Both the position numbers and the translations under genes were made by a program. A DNA stretch of 63,675 bases, filler included, from Rhabdomonas costata (taxonomy: Eukaryota), in NCBI GenBank assembly GCA_019059605.1. It is 54 parts of 54 records of this genome, joined end to end, with 100 filler letters (N's around TTAATTAATTAA, not from the genome) between each part and the next. Parts side by side here need not be neighbours in the genome. Positions count along the whole stretch, not along the records: positions 11,812 to 12,892 come from JAHMHO010029612.1; positions 12,993 to 14,073 come from JAHMHO010029613.1; positions 14,174 to 15,254 come from JAHMHO010029614.1; positions 15,355 to 16,435 come from JAHMHO010029615.1; positions 16,536 to 17,616 come from JAHMHO010029616.1; positions 17,717 to 18,797 come from JAHMHO010029617.1; positions 18,898 to 19,978 come from JAHMHO010029618.1; positions 20,079 to 21,159 come from JAHMHO010029619.1; 46 more parts are not named here. One strand, 5' to 3'. Shown piece after piece: positions 12,675 to 25,258 of this stretch. Each line of letters begins with the position of its first letter. Positions within the stretch are counted from its first letter, which is position 1. The notes under the pieces are model-generated. The model was not told the DNA's origin. It saw only the letters and a program-made list of their open reading frames with translations, and searched no databases.

Positions 12675-12845
12675 CTCGGCCATTCCGATGCACGCCGTGA
12701 GAGGGGTGCGCATCTCGTGGCTGACCATTGCGAAGAACATCTCCTTCGAGCGCATCAGCTCTCCCACCTGCTCCGCCGCGTGTGCCATCTCGCGGGCCCG
12801 CTCCTGCGCCGCCCTGCTCACCGAGGAGATGGCCTCTACAAAGGC
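12675..12845 (-). CDS. Sensor histidine kinase exon (HisKA H-box)
   Basis: RSKEMFFAMVSHEMRTPLTACIGMAE matches the KSxFLAxxSHExRTPL H-box of hybrid kinases. Confidence 0.85.
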
Positions 12846-13255
12846 CTGCAAAGGGGCCACCCACCACCACCACCACCACCACCACCAACAAANNNNNNNN
12901 NNNNNNNNNNNNNNNNNNNNNNNNNNNNNNNNNNNNTTAATTAATTAANNNNNNNNNNNNNNNNNNNNNNNNNNNNNNNNNNNNNNNNNNNNGTTGGGCG
13001 AACATGGAAGTTCTGATTACCTCGTGCGTGCTCCAGTGGATACACACATAATCAGCAGTCGCATCGGGTTATTACCCTTCTGTTTGTCTGACACGCCCTG
13101 GAACCCGTGCACCCTGGTTCAGCAGACAAAAAACAATTCCGTGCACTAGGAAAAGTCCGCACATCGCTTCCAGGTCCAGAGCTTTCCTTCGGGAAGGGTT
13201 GTCTTCTCCTCCGACCCTCTTCACGCATACACAAGCACAACGCATAATATTTTAC

Positions 13256-14054
13256 CTCTGGACGGCGGGGTCTGAGGTCATCATGTTCATGATGGGCTGC
13301 TTCACAATGAATAGCAGCACCACAGACGCCACAAATGCCAGCACAACAATAATCTGTCGAAGCCAGAAGCCAACGCGACAAACATCATAAAGAATCGGTC
13401 GTCGAGGATTCCAGCAGCAGTCTTTTGTTTTTGGCTGCTGGCAGACTTTGGCAGAGCTCTTCGAATTCTTGGGCCCTCTAGCTCGCTAATCTTGTTATGG
13501 TTCATTTCTGGGTTGAGGCTGCGGTTACGTTTTCAGTTCTGGATGACTGCCTCGTCAATGGAGGGGCATGGGATCATCCGGCCTCAACTCATCCACTCTG
13601 CGCCTCGCTGCCTCATGTTACACCCCCTGTCTCGCTTGGTTGGTTTCATCCACGAGACCTCGGACAATGATGTAAGGGTCTCGGTAACCACGAGTTCAGA
13701 GGACAGCACCGTCTGCGTACAGCACCGTCTGCGCACCACACACTGACGTACGCACACATTTGATCGCATACACACACACTTACACACTTACAAACACACA
13801 CACACCGCCAGGCAGCGGGTGGCGACAGTGCGGGCGTCGGCGTGGCGACCCTCGCCCAGCAGCTGGCCCACAAGCACAGTGGTGGCCACAGAGAACCCCA
13901 GCGACACCATGAACACCAGCGGAACCACAACCCCGAAGATGCTGTGCGTCGCCAGCGCGGCAGGGCCCAGCCGCCCCGCCAGCAGCGCCATCACCTCAAA
14001 TGAAGCCCATTCCACGCTCGTCATCAGCACCCCAGGCACGGCAAACGAGAAGTA
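13256..14054 (-). CDS. MATE/DTX family transporter, exons 14054-13806 and 13353-13256
   Basis: AVPGVLMTSVEWASFEVMALLAGRLG...LGFSVATTVLVGQLLGEGR, then IIVVLAFVASVVLLFIVKQPIMNMMTSDPAVQ. GT-AG boundaries are in phase. Confidence 0.88.
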
Positions 14055-14511
14055 CTGTGGTGTACCCCCAACCNNNNNNNNNNNNNNNNNNNNNNNNNNN
14101 NNNNNNNNNNNNNNNNNTTAATTAATTAANNNNNNNNNNNNNNNNNNNNNNNNNNNNNNNNNNNNNNNNNNNNGGGTTTTGATACCTGTGTAGCCAGTTA
14201 CTGTGGACCGTATGAGGGTTTGCAGGTGTGGTTGTGCTGTCAAGTGACAGAGCATAGAGCCTGGGACATTATTTTTTTTTGGGGGGGGGTGTTAAGTACG
14301 TTATCGGTGACCACAGTTACCACATTAAGCGCTCATTGCTGGAACGGCATTTTTCCGAACTGCTGATCTGGCGTAACAGGAAAATTGATAGGAAATGACC
14401 TAATTGGAAGTAGAATCATTTGCGCGAGGCCAATCGGAAAAGGCGAAAGGGGGGAATGGAAAAAAGGTCCCCGTTTTGTCTAGGACGTAATATGTATGGT
14501 TTTTCTTCCAG

Positions 14512-14622
14512 GCAACCCTACCTGTGGCAGCAGCAGCTACATCTGCCCCTCTGGCTTTACCATGAATGCCGCCAGCACGGTGTGCTCCTCGCTGAGCTGC
14601 AGCCAGACGGACTGCTGCACTG
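14512..14622 (+). CDS. Cysteine-rich extracellular repeat exon (111 nt, phase 1-1)
   Basis: NPTCGSSSYICPSGFTMNAASTVCSSLSCSQTDCCT lies between TTCCAG and GTATCG. Confidence 0.6.
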
Positions 14623-15039
14623 GTATCGCCCGCGCTGGGACAAAAAGCTAATGAGAGGCTTGTGTCACAGAGCCCATCAGGAAAACGTCGGTGTACCCCA
14701 GAAAAGGTCACCTGAATTTGGAGCTTTTGGCGCACAAGAAACAACTGCTCTGTCACGGTATACTCAACATGCGCTTTGGAACTTTTTCTCGCCTCACTTT
14801 TTAAGATAGCAAGTGCAGACAGATACGGAACGATACATATCTCATCGTTGACTCGCGCCATGTCAAAGGTGAGAAGAGGAAAACCGCTGATGTCTGACCA
14901 GCTGATGTCTAAGACAGTCGGAGGTTCTCTTGCACCTCACTGTGTCCACAGGAAATTTGGATAATGGTAAAGTTCGGGCAGCTTCTCTTCATTATTATCT
15001 CTCTTTATTGCTGTTGTTTATCTGAGCTTTTGGACTTCA

Positions 15040-15250
15040 GGTTTCGGTTTCTGATTGCACTACTTGTTTACGGTGATATTTGGGCCGCAGCATGCAGGAA
15101 TCACCAACTACGCAGAGGGAGGGTGGATGGGCGGCCATAGAGCTGCCAGGCACACCTAAGCTAAGATGTAGAGCCCATAAATCAAAAAAGAAAGCATGCT
15201 GCGGCCCAAATATCACCGTAAACAAGTAGTGCAATCAGAAACCAAAACCC
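15040..15250. repeat. Terminal inverted repeat 15040-15095 / 15194-15250
   Basis: Reverse complement of about 55 bp ending at the contig end. Confidence 0.85.
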
Positions 15251-16026
15251 CACANNNNNNNNNNNNNNNNNNNNNNNNNNNNNNNNNNNNNNNNNNNNTT
15301 AATTAATTAANNNNNNNNNNNNNNNNNNNNNNNNNNNNNNNNNNNNNNNNNNNNTACCCTTCCAGCAAACGTGTGTTGGGGGGGGGGTGATGGCAGAGGT
15401 TGAGTGTGGAAGGGCGGTGGAGAGAGGGTAGGACTGCAGCTGTGTAAGCAATGATCCCTCTTAAACGGTGACAACTTGCACGAAGGAAAAGCTCCTCAGC
15501 GTTTGTTTCGGACTGCTAGCGCACGGAAGAGTACTCTAAGCTGAGGAAGCTGAAGGCCCCACCTAAACTTCCATCCCTCACTTCAATCCTAACCTTGACT
15601 CGACTGGAAGCATTCATTATGTCCAGACCAATTTACGACCGGGGAGCGGTCGTTTCCGTGCGTCTGAACAACCCCATCGACTTTGTATCACAACTCGAGC
15701 CACCGGTGGTCTTCTAACTCAAGCACATGTGTTTGCATTGCCTGTCGGGCTAAATCACTGTACGGTGTCTCCATCAGTGAGGCGCTCTTTTGGGGCCGGG
15801 CACCGATGACGGGGAAGTTGAGTTGTTTATTTACTAGAGCAAGACGTCTCCATATCACAAGAACCGAAGAGCACACACAATCCAATCAATCGCTACGCGT
15901 TAAGCACAACCATATTTGGGCTCTGGGACGGTTTCGGCTCGCTCGAGCCCGGTGCGCACTTGCTCACCAAGCCGGCGCGAAGACGTAACGACCCTGCTGG
16001 CAACCCAAAGTGGCGTATATGCTTAC

Positions 16027-16086
16027 TTGTCCGCCAGGTTGACCTCGGCACGGTTGTGCACCAGCAGCTCCACGATGTCTTGCCAT
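16027..16086 (-). CDS. Ankyrin-repeat exon fragment
   Basis: WQDIVELLVHNRAEVNLADK lies between CCAG and GTAAGC. Confidence 0.7.
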
Positions 16087-17185
16087 CTGGACCTTTCTTC
16101 TCTCCAATCTCCGCTTCTCTTTTCGCGTCTCGGGGGCCTTCCGGCTTGCTACTTTCTGATCTCCCACTTGTCGCTGCCATTCTCCACTTCTTACATGCTG
16201 AACCGGGCTGCTCCTGTCCCACCGCCTGCTCTCCGCTCCTCGCTGCCGCTCGCCAATTCGGGAAGGTTCCTTTTCCCGCCTGGTCCCCGCTGCCCTCACA
16301 CCGAGTTCTTTGGTTCTCCTCATCTCGCGTTCAATTGTCCATTTTAACCATTCGTCTGCATCCGGTGCGCAATTCTCGCGCTCACCTTCTGCCCGATCAT
16401 CCTCCAGCTCTTCTGTCCACTGTGCCCACCTCCACNNNNNNNNNNNNNNNNNNNNNNNNNNNNNNNNNNNNNNNNNNNNTTAATTAATTAANNNNNNNNN
16501 NNNNNNNNNNNNNNNNNNNNNNNNNNNNNNNNNNNCACAGGCATGTGCTGTGCGTGTGCCGCCGCAGGTTGGGTGGTTCTTTGCACTTCTTCATTCGGCA
16601 GTACGAGTGGAGTCGGCGCGTCAAATGCATTGCACTACACCCCTGAAAGGGTTTCTCGCCCCAGTTGAGCGCCGGCTTTGGGAGGACACAGTTTCTTTCG
16701 CGTGCTTTCTGTACATAAGTAAGGAACACTTGGGGCAGGCGGAGGTCCTGGCCTGTTGTCCGGTGAGCCAGCATCCCACTTCTGACAACAGTACCATAGG
16801 AACTTCCGTACGAGCACCCAGGCTGTGCGTTTCTTTGGTTAGGGGCAGTGATCGCGCTCCTTCACTTGTGAGTTTCCTTTGATTCTTCTCATCTCACAAA
16901 CATACAAACGCGAGCAAGCAAACAAAAACAACTGTCCTAAGTCAAAGAAGAGAATTTGGGCGCCTTGTCATCAGGAAGGCTCGCCCGACCCGACGAAAAG
17001 GCTTCCGATCTCCAAGAGCTACCCGCTGATGTCAAAATGGAAATCGTCGCAATGTTGCGATATGTGTCTGTTGCAGTGTGTCCCGGGGGACGATGGTTCG
17101 ACTGACTGCAATGGACACGTTCCTCACACTGCCTTTTGAACACCGCCTTCACCACCTTCACAGGACTTTGGACGCACACTTGTAC

Positions 17186-17332
17186 CTTGGGGGACGTTGG
17201 TGCGGGCCTCCTGGATCGCCGCCTCCCTCTCCTGAGGGCTACCGCCGAACATGGCCCGGGACACGGCATGGCCCGCGACGGAGCCAAGGCCCACTCCCAG
17301 CGCAGTGCTGGCCACGTTGGAGAAGAACCCAC
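17186..17332 (-). CDS. CHCHD2/CHCHD10/Mix17-like mitochondrial protein exon
   Basis: GFFSNVASTALGVGLGSVAGHAVSRAMFGG matches the conserved hydrophobic helix of this family. Confidence 0.8.
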
Positions 17333-17425
17333 CTGAGAAGAAAGTGGGTTCAGGAAGGACGAACTGGCGCGCCACACACATATTTGTTGATGAATCGCTG
17401 TGAACTAATGCACTGGTGTGGCTGT

Positions 17426-17611
17426 TGTGTCCGGGAGATAACTCCCACTGCCGCACAGATACCAGAAAGTCATCGAAATTCAGAAGGTCCGTGCATATGA
17501 GCACAAAAGCTCCAGCACCCCACAGTTTTCGACCCCTGCGTTGCGTTAGTCGATTCGTTTGACGGGACTTTCTGGTATCTGTGCGGCAGTGGGAGTTATC
17601 TCCCGGACACA
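17426..17611. repeat. Terminal inverted repeat 17426-17471 / 17566-17611
   Basis: 46-bp reverse complement ending at the contig end. Confidence 0.85.
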
Positions 17612-18912
17612 CCCCCNNNNNNNNNNNNNNNNNNNNNNNNNNNNNNNNNNNNNNNNNNNNTTAATTAATTAANNNNNNNNNNNNNNNNNNNNNNNNNNNN
17701 NNNNNNNNNNNNNNNNTGTGTTAAGTGTGTTTGGTGGGGTTTTTATCCCGATCCCTTGTTGAGGATTGGGCCGAGCAGCGGTCCGCATCCCTCGGTCTTA
17801 GTTTCCGGGTTTCCGGGCGGAGCAGCCATCCAGTTCGTCGCTCGAAACACCTTGTTATCTCGCCGGGGATGTCTAGAATGAGATAGGCTTCTAGGAGGGG
17901 CGCGCGGGCAGACGAAAGACCAAACGTCACAGACACAAAACTTTGACACAAGAAGCCATACGCAGCAGGAGCAGAAGCACAGAAGCACAAAAGGGCCGAA
18001 TCTAAGAGAGGGAGATTTCTAGGAGAGGCGCGCGGGCAGACGAAGGAAACAAGCGCACGGGGCCGCGGGGAAGGGCATAATAGAGGGTGCTTGGCTCGCC
18101 CAATGGAGCGCGTGAGGAACAGGGGCAGGTGCGCGGCGGTGGCTAATGCGATTCCCGCGGACTTTTACAAAGCCTGAGTGACGCTTCTGGTGGGGCTCTT
18201 TCCGACCGGTTCCTTTTCGGAAAGGTGCCTGAAGTCTCGCGCGTCTGGCCTGCACTGACTATGAACCGTCACTCTGTCACTAACCCCCATCTCCTGTAGA
18301 TTGCGTGGATTCCAAGGTTCTCTTCCCCAAAACTTCGGCAAAAGCAGCAAAAGCATCATACGGACATGAAGGGAAGGCGGATCCTGATAATGTTACGTGA
18401 TGCTTACTTGCAGAAAGGGAAAGGCACACTCGAAAAAAAAATGCCCAGCAAAAAAAAGGTTGGGCATCACCGCTGCGTCCTCCGCAGCTCTCCGCTCCCC
18501 CCCGCGTGGCCACGCACTGCCACGCGCTGCTATTTCACATAGAGCAAAAAGTACGTTTGCACGCTCTCTACCACAATACCATGACGCAACCCATTGACAG
18601 GAAAGGGCAAAGAGCGTTCCGCAAAAATAAGGGCCAATTGTCAAGTGTTGCCTGAGGCTCTGCACAAGAAAACCAGCCCCAGTGGGAGCAAAGCTGCCAG
18701 GTTGCACCGCTGAGGATCAGGTGCAAAGTAGTGCGGAGGACGGGCTGTCGCCCACGACAGCCTTAGGATTTGCTGGAGGAGGACCGTCCACCACACCNNN
18801 NNNNNNNNNNNNNNNNNNNNNNNNNNNNNNNNNNNNNNNNNTTAATTAATTAANNNNNNNNNNNNNNNNNNNNNNNNNNNNNNNNNNNNNNNNNNNNGGT
18901 TGGGTGTTCCAG

Positions 18913-19978
18913 GTGGCGCTGTCGTTCGAGGGCTCGAACGACAGCGCCACCTGGAACATCCTATCCCGTCACGAGAACGACGAGAGCCTCAGTATGCTGC
19001 CTGTGTGTTCACTTCCACTTGCCCATCACCATTGGTTGGTCAACGCTTCACTGCCCCAAGAGTTCTTCGCGGTGTTTCAAATCCCGGCGGAGGGGCGGGG
19101 AGTTATTCGCTGGACTGTCCCATCAGCACAGCAGAATGCGATAAAATCTCGCATCGCGCACTATTGCGCACTATGCACAAACCGTCGCAGTCTCAGGCAA
19201 TGCTGAAGCTTCCGTTTTGTTTGGTCTTCTTTTTTTGGTTTTCTTGGTGTGGCAAGCCTTGTTGCTGCTACTGTGTGCCTTATTGTCCATGTCGCCACAA
19301 CAACCATGCAAACCTTTGATGCTGCAGTGCTGTGCTTGTTTTAGTGGAGTGGTGGTTGACGTTTTCAATTGCTAGCAGAAGCAGCCTTTCCTACAGGTTC
19401 CTTCCACGTGTGGAGGGACCTTTCCCGGGCCAGTCGTGGTCCTTAAAGCCCCACTGTTTATGTGGACGGATGTGAGGGGAGGGTCTTGCGTTGTTGAGCG
19501 TTGCTACCGATGAGAAGATGAGAAGGTGAGGCGCGATGAATCCCTGCTCGATGGCGGGTTCATCGTTGGTCGAGAGCCATGGAAAAGGAGGAGCTGACCA
19601 TCCATATAAATATACCCTTGCTTGAAATTTGTGTGAACATTCCTGGTATCATCACAGGGCATCATCCTGCCGGCTTGATGCGATTCTCGGACAGGGAGCA
19701 ATACGCAATGTTTTTGCACGCCCACCATATCGACGACGACGACGGACAGTATTCGTACATCCGTACCAGTGTTCTCCCTTCTCGCCCATCTCTGTGTGTG
19801 GGGGGGTGCTTTACCACAGGTCGCGCAGCCCCTTTGGCGGCGTGGCCCATCCAGGCCCGTTCGGCGTACCGCTACCTCCGGCTGGTGCTGGACCCCGGCG
19901 GCAACAGCCGTGGGGGTCACGCGCTGGCCCTTCATCGCTTTGAGGTTTATGGAGAGCTGTACAGCCCCCCCAACCCCC
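18913..19978 (+). CDS. Discoidin/F5-8-type domain as found in HECTD1 and BTB proteins, exons 18913-18991 and 19820-19978
   Basis: SFEGSNDSATWNILSRHENDESL|SRAAPLAAWPIQARSAYRYLRLVLDPGGNSRGGHALALHRFEVYG. The GT-AG intron is in phase. Confidence 0.75.
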
Positions 19979-20662
19979 NNNNNNNNNNNNNNNNNNNNNN
20001 NNNNNNNNNNNNNNNNNNNNNNTTAATTAATTAANNNNNNNNNNNNNNNNNNNNNNNNNNNNNNNNNNNNNNNNNNNNGGGGGTGGGGTGAGGGTTGCAT
20101 AACTTGGAAAGTAGCACATGCTCTGCCATGCTGCGCTCTGCTGTGCTCTGCTCTGCTTTGTTCTGGTCCCGGATACCACCCCCTTTTCTACACCAACTCA
20201 ACGCAACTTAACCCGATCCCTTTTTACAGCAAAATTATTAGAACCATGACCCAAAAACTAACACCCTCTTTTGGGAGGAGTAATTATGAGATTGTGGCAA
20301 CACGCTTTGAACGTGGTGTTGGCTTTAACCAGAGAGGTCATTTGTTTCGTTCGTTTTTTCGTTCGTTAAACATATTAAAAGCTCTGAGGGTGACCCAAGA
20401 GGGTGACATCATCGCGTACGTCACACTCAATCCGTTTCCAGGCAATTTGCTGAGACAGCTACTAATATCTGGCCTAGCCAAACCGTTGAGAACAAAGTAT
20501 GTGTCCGTGCGTGTGCGTGTGTATAATTGTGATTGTGCTTTGGGCGCACAGCTCTCTGGCTGTTGTTTTGCATCCCCATGAAGGTTATTTACCCCAACAA
20601 ATTTCAATACTGGGCTGAACCCGCGGCTCCGATTCCCACCGAAGCGCACGAGAGAGGTCGAC

Positions 20663-20859
20663 CTCCGTCCTTCATCTGCACCACCAGCCCAGCGCTGGTG
20701 AAGAGCACGGCGTGGACCCCGGCCATGACCTGGTTGTTCACGCTGGCGACTTCGCGGGCCTCGGGTAGTGCCAGCACGACCACCGCCGAGCGGTCCAGCA
20801 CAGACGCCGCGACGTTGGCGCAGCACACAGCCAGGAGCCACTCCCCTTCCGGAGACTTC
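20663..20859 (-). CDS. Probable exon, beta-propeller-like unknown protein
   Basis: GC-rich open frame KSPEGEWLLAVCC...LVVQMKDG between CAG and GT. Confidence 0.4.
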
Positions 20860-21291
20860 CTGCGCGTGGAAAAAGGGGAGGTCAACGGGGGAAAACAACA
20901 ACCGCGGTCTGCCTCTGTTAGCAAACGCTTCTCTGTGAGTCATGAGGCAAATCATCAAGCAAGTTCCACCCAAATCTTCAAATGCCATCCATCGCTCTTG
21001 TCTTGTGTGAGCTGGATGACTTTTGGTGCTCAGCGGAACCAAGATGAGGAACTCAGGCTTTCCCTGCCTTTACACTGGATCCGGGACAGAAGAAATTACA
21101 AGCCCGAAACCGGGAAATTACAATCCCACGTTATTGGAAAAAAGCATCTCCACACCACANNNNNNNNNNNNNNNNNNNNNNNNNNNNNNNNNNNNNNNNN
21201 NNNTTAATTAATTAANNNNNNNNNNNNNNNNNNNNNNNNNNNNNNNNNNNNNNNNNNNNTTGTGGGTGGCGTGGCGTGGTGCGGTGTGGTG

Positions 21292-21312
21292 TGTTGTTGT
21301 TGTTGTTGTTGC

Positions 21313-21372
<60 letters not shown>
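21292..21372 (+). repeat. (TGT)n microsatellite
   Basis: Read directly from the sequence; one interruption. Confidence 0.95.
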
Positions 21373-21374
<2 letters not shown>

Positions 21375-24300
21375 TGTGCTGTGTTGTGTCTTTCCTTCCC
21401 ATCGATTTGGGCCGGTGACTGGAGAGCGTGCAACGGCCTCCGCAGTGGCTTCCCAGAGAAGGCGGAAGGGGTTGTTGATGGGGTTGTCGCTTGCTGGGAT
21501 TGCTTTTAGAGTATAACTGTGGGTAACCTCGGGTTTAGTATGTAAAGTTTGCCTCTGGAACACTGTTAAAGGCTCTTGAAACGCTGCACCGGTCTTTTTA
21601 CCATTTGGCGAAGGGTTTCTGTGCCCGTGGTGGCCCTTTTTTGCGCGCTTCTTGTCATGGTACCTGCAACCACAGCGTGTATCCATCCATCCCACACCTC
21701 TCCAGCCCAGGCAAGAAGATGGCTGTAGGCCGACGTTTGCGGGGCATATCCAGTGTATCACGGCCCGTTCAGATTTCCTAAAACACAATACTTGAGTTCC
21801 GGTTCCAGATGCTGGGTTCTAGTTTATTTACAGAGTTTCACGATTCTCTCTCTGAAGCATGGTGGGTTTTGACTGTGCGGCAGCTCCGAACCACCCGCTC
21901 CGTTGGGTTCCTGCCTGAGGGCACCATCTATGTATGTGCGTATCATGGTATACATGGTATACATGGTATACACATGGTATATACATGTATTTGGGGGAGT
22001 GGGTGGACGGGGGGTTTCGCTGGTAGAGCCCGAAGCGGGCGGGAGACGCCCCGAAAAGACATTTGCGGTGAGCGAAACAAAAATTAAACTTAAAGCAACC
22101 ACAGCGATCTGTGATCGGATATGAGGAATTCCGCTCCAAAGGAGAACTTTTTAAGGGGAAACAAACAAGAACACTCAGAAATGCGTGCATTCGGCTGCAT
22201 CCAGTGAGGATCTCGAAAATTCATAGTGCATTCAGTATGCATTCAGGACAAAAAAGTTTTGTCTCGTAAAAATAGGATTTTGGATGCAAATTTCACCTCT
22301 TGTAACCCCAAAATTTTACTGGGTGACGAGGAAAGCCTCTGAATAAGGCCGTGCATNNNNNNNNNNNNNNNNNNNNNNNNNNNNNNNNNNNNNNNNNNNN
22401 TTAATTAATTAANNNNNNNNNNNNNNNNNNNNNNNNNNNNNNNNNNNNNNNNNNNNGTGTTGGTGTGTTTGGGGGTGGTTGGAGCTGGGAGGGGGTGCAG
22501 AGCCCACTAATCATCTTGTCTTGCTTACGTTTCCTCTTTTTTCTCTCGCCCTTCTGGAGTATCACGCTGCAAGGTGTGCAAATGGGGGGCCACTTGTGAG
22601 GTTGGGGGTGTCGGATACGAACGAGGTAGAGTGGGGTGACACTCTGCCCAGCGACAAACGAGCAAAAAAAGGAGGGGGGACGCGACAAGACGCTCACAGA
22701 GGAAAGACCACCACAAGAAAAATGCACAGTCTCCCAGGTGAAGCGCAGCAAATGCGTTTCTTCAGAGTCTTCCATGCCACCACTCACGGCAATCTCTCCT
22801 CCAACCCTACAGCACTGAGAGTTAGGGCGTGCCGGAAGTCCCACCGTTGGCTCTAACCAAAATTGCATTTTTTGGGACGACATTTCATGGGTCGGACTCA
22901 CAAAATTCACGGGCAACATTAATGATTTAGGTAAGCGAAAATACCGTCGTCGCAAATGGCACACAATGCTCGCAATATGCATGAAACAACTCAAATGCAA
23001 CCTTTCCGACATGCAGCGCCGACAGACCAATTGGAAAATCGAACTGACCCGACTGCTCATATCCCTGGGTGTCATGCCTATGGAGACCAAATGTCGATTT
23101 TTAGTGCATTGGGGAAAGGGGGTTTACGTTTTTTTAGATGGGAAAAAACACTTTGCTACGCAGCTCAAACTGACGGCTAGCAACCGCAGCCAAAATGAGC
23201 CAGTGAAGACTGATTGGCTGACCGAACGACCGTGCCCGCGGAGGTCATCGCTTGCTTCCCCAAAGCAAAGGTCCCTGGCGAGGACCTTTGAGGGAGTGAC
23301 CACAGCCTTTTTTTTCTCTCCGTCTGGGCTGAAGCGAACGCTGGGCACGGTGGGTGAGCCTCAGCAGCTTAATCTGCATGACTGCCCGAAGTCTCTTGAG
23401 TGTCGATCCGCGGGTCCCTGGCGTATATCAACAAAGTATGTGTGCCCATGTGTTGTCGGCATTTTTTCATCGTCTTGGCGGACGCTTGGCAACTTTCCCC
23501 TTTTATCGGATGAAGGCAGGCTGCACACACAAAACCCNNNNNNNNNNNNNNNNNNNNNNNNNNNNNNNNNNNNNNNNNNNNTTAATTAATTAANNNNNNN
23601 NNNNNNNNNNNNNNNNNNNNNNNNNNNNNNNNNNNNNGTTTTTGTTACCAGTGGTAACAGAAAACTGATCTTTCTGCTAAATTAACTTGAAAAAGCTCAC
23701 TTAAAAAGCATACCAGCACTCTAGAAATGACTCCTGGTTTATTTTTGCTCAGCAGCTGAAAACTACATATATGCTGTATTACAACACGCCAGTGGCTTGG
23801 GATATGGCCAAACGAGTAGTTAAGGCCCGAAAGCCAAAGTCAGTCCGCGGCGCGGCAGAAGCGGTCGGCTTGGCGGGAACGTGACCTGGGAGCTTTTATC
23901 GACTTTTTAGAACATGCTCCCACAGAAATAAAGGTGAAGTGGTAACGGCACCACTATAAGGTGAAGTGGTAACGGCACCACCGCTAACAGCTACCATTGG
24001 CACACAGTTACCAATAGCAGCTGACCCTTCCCCCTCCTAACCTCCAGTGCTTTTTGTTACGAGCTGTGCTAAATCGAGTGGTGACGAATCGGGGTTCCGG
24101 ATTAGCTTGTGCTCGTTTTTGGGGCGGTTCTCTGACCTTTAACTCTTTCCACTTTCGTTCTGGGTGAGAATACAAACGCGATCCCGTGATTCAGCCAAAC
24201 ATACGAGAAGATCTAGCCAACAGCGGCGGTGGGGAGGGCAAGCCAGAGAATCTGCATTAAAAGCAGTCAGATACTCGCCCTATTTTCTCGGCCAATGCAG

Positions 24301-25258
24301 GAATGCGGTCCAAGAGCAGTGCAATCAAACCAGAGATAAATAATTGATCTTAATCCTCCAGTTGGGCTCGAAGGTGAACACAAAAGCAGATTGTACTCTT
24401 GACAGTGTTCTTAGGGACATGATACTTGGGGGGGGGGGTGCCCGTATAATGGGGTATTATAGCCGTTATACTATAATTTCATTATACTAAAATGCTATTA
24501 TAGCGTATAATGCCATTATTATAGTAAGACACAAAAACGCTACTCAGTCTTGTCCAGTGTTCTAAGTCCGGCGCACACAACAGCCGCACAGATGCAAAGA
24601 GAAGAGGAGAACGTGAGTGCGGGAAAACAGTACAGTTTGAAGGGAGGAACAATAGCAAAAGCTTTCAAGCAGCCAATGAAGGAAAACACTGGTGAAACAA
24701 GACAACAGCACCAACACCNNNNNNNNNNNNNNNNNNNNNNNNNNNNNNNNNNNNNNNNNNNNTTAATTAATTAANNNNNNNNNNNNNNNNNNNNNNNNNN
24801 NNNNNNNNNNNNNNNNNNGACCACACCAGCACTCCCACGAGCCATTGCATCAGGAAAAGCACTGCAATTCGAACAAGCGTGAGAAGGCGGCGTTTGAAGG
24901 GGTCGTGTGCGAAGGACGTGAGTCTGAAACCACAAAGCAAATCCGGAGGTGACGAGAGATGCTGTTAGCGGTGTGAACGGGTCATTTGCGATGGAAGTTG
25001 GTCTGAGAAAACTGCACCCCAAAATGCAAATGCGGAGAGAACTGAAAACCATCCAAAGAACCAAAACGATGTCTGTGGCAATCCTTCCGATTGTGTGCCA
25101 CACCATCCGCTTCAGCTCTCAGCCTTCCTCCTCACCGCTTTATTGCAGTGGTGACCGTGATAGCCTTCTCAGTGGCTAAGGCTTTTTCGGGTTTTGGGGC
25201 TTTTGGGTTTGGGTTTTTTTTTGGGGGGGGTCGGGGAGTTAGGAAGGGGCGTGCACAC

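Noticed and set aside
15960-16487. 175-aa plus-strand ORF
   Set aside because: It is the antisense shadow of the ankyrin exon plus intron sequence.
21204-21788. PolyQ, polyC, polyN and polyT ORFs
   Set aside because: These are translations of a (TGT)n microsatellite.
21944-23982. Short tandem repeats (ATGGTATAC near 21944-21988; a 27-bp duplication near 23930-23982)
   Set aside because: They have few copies and no spacers, and look like ordinary slippage repeats.
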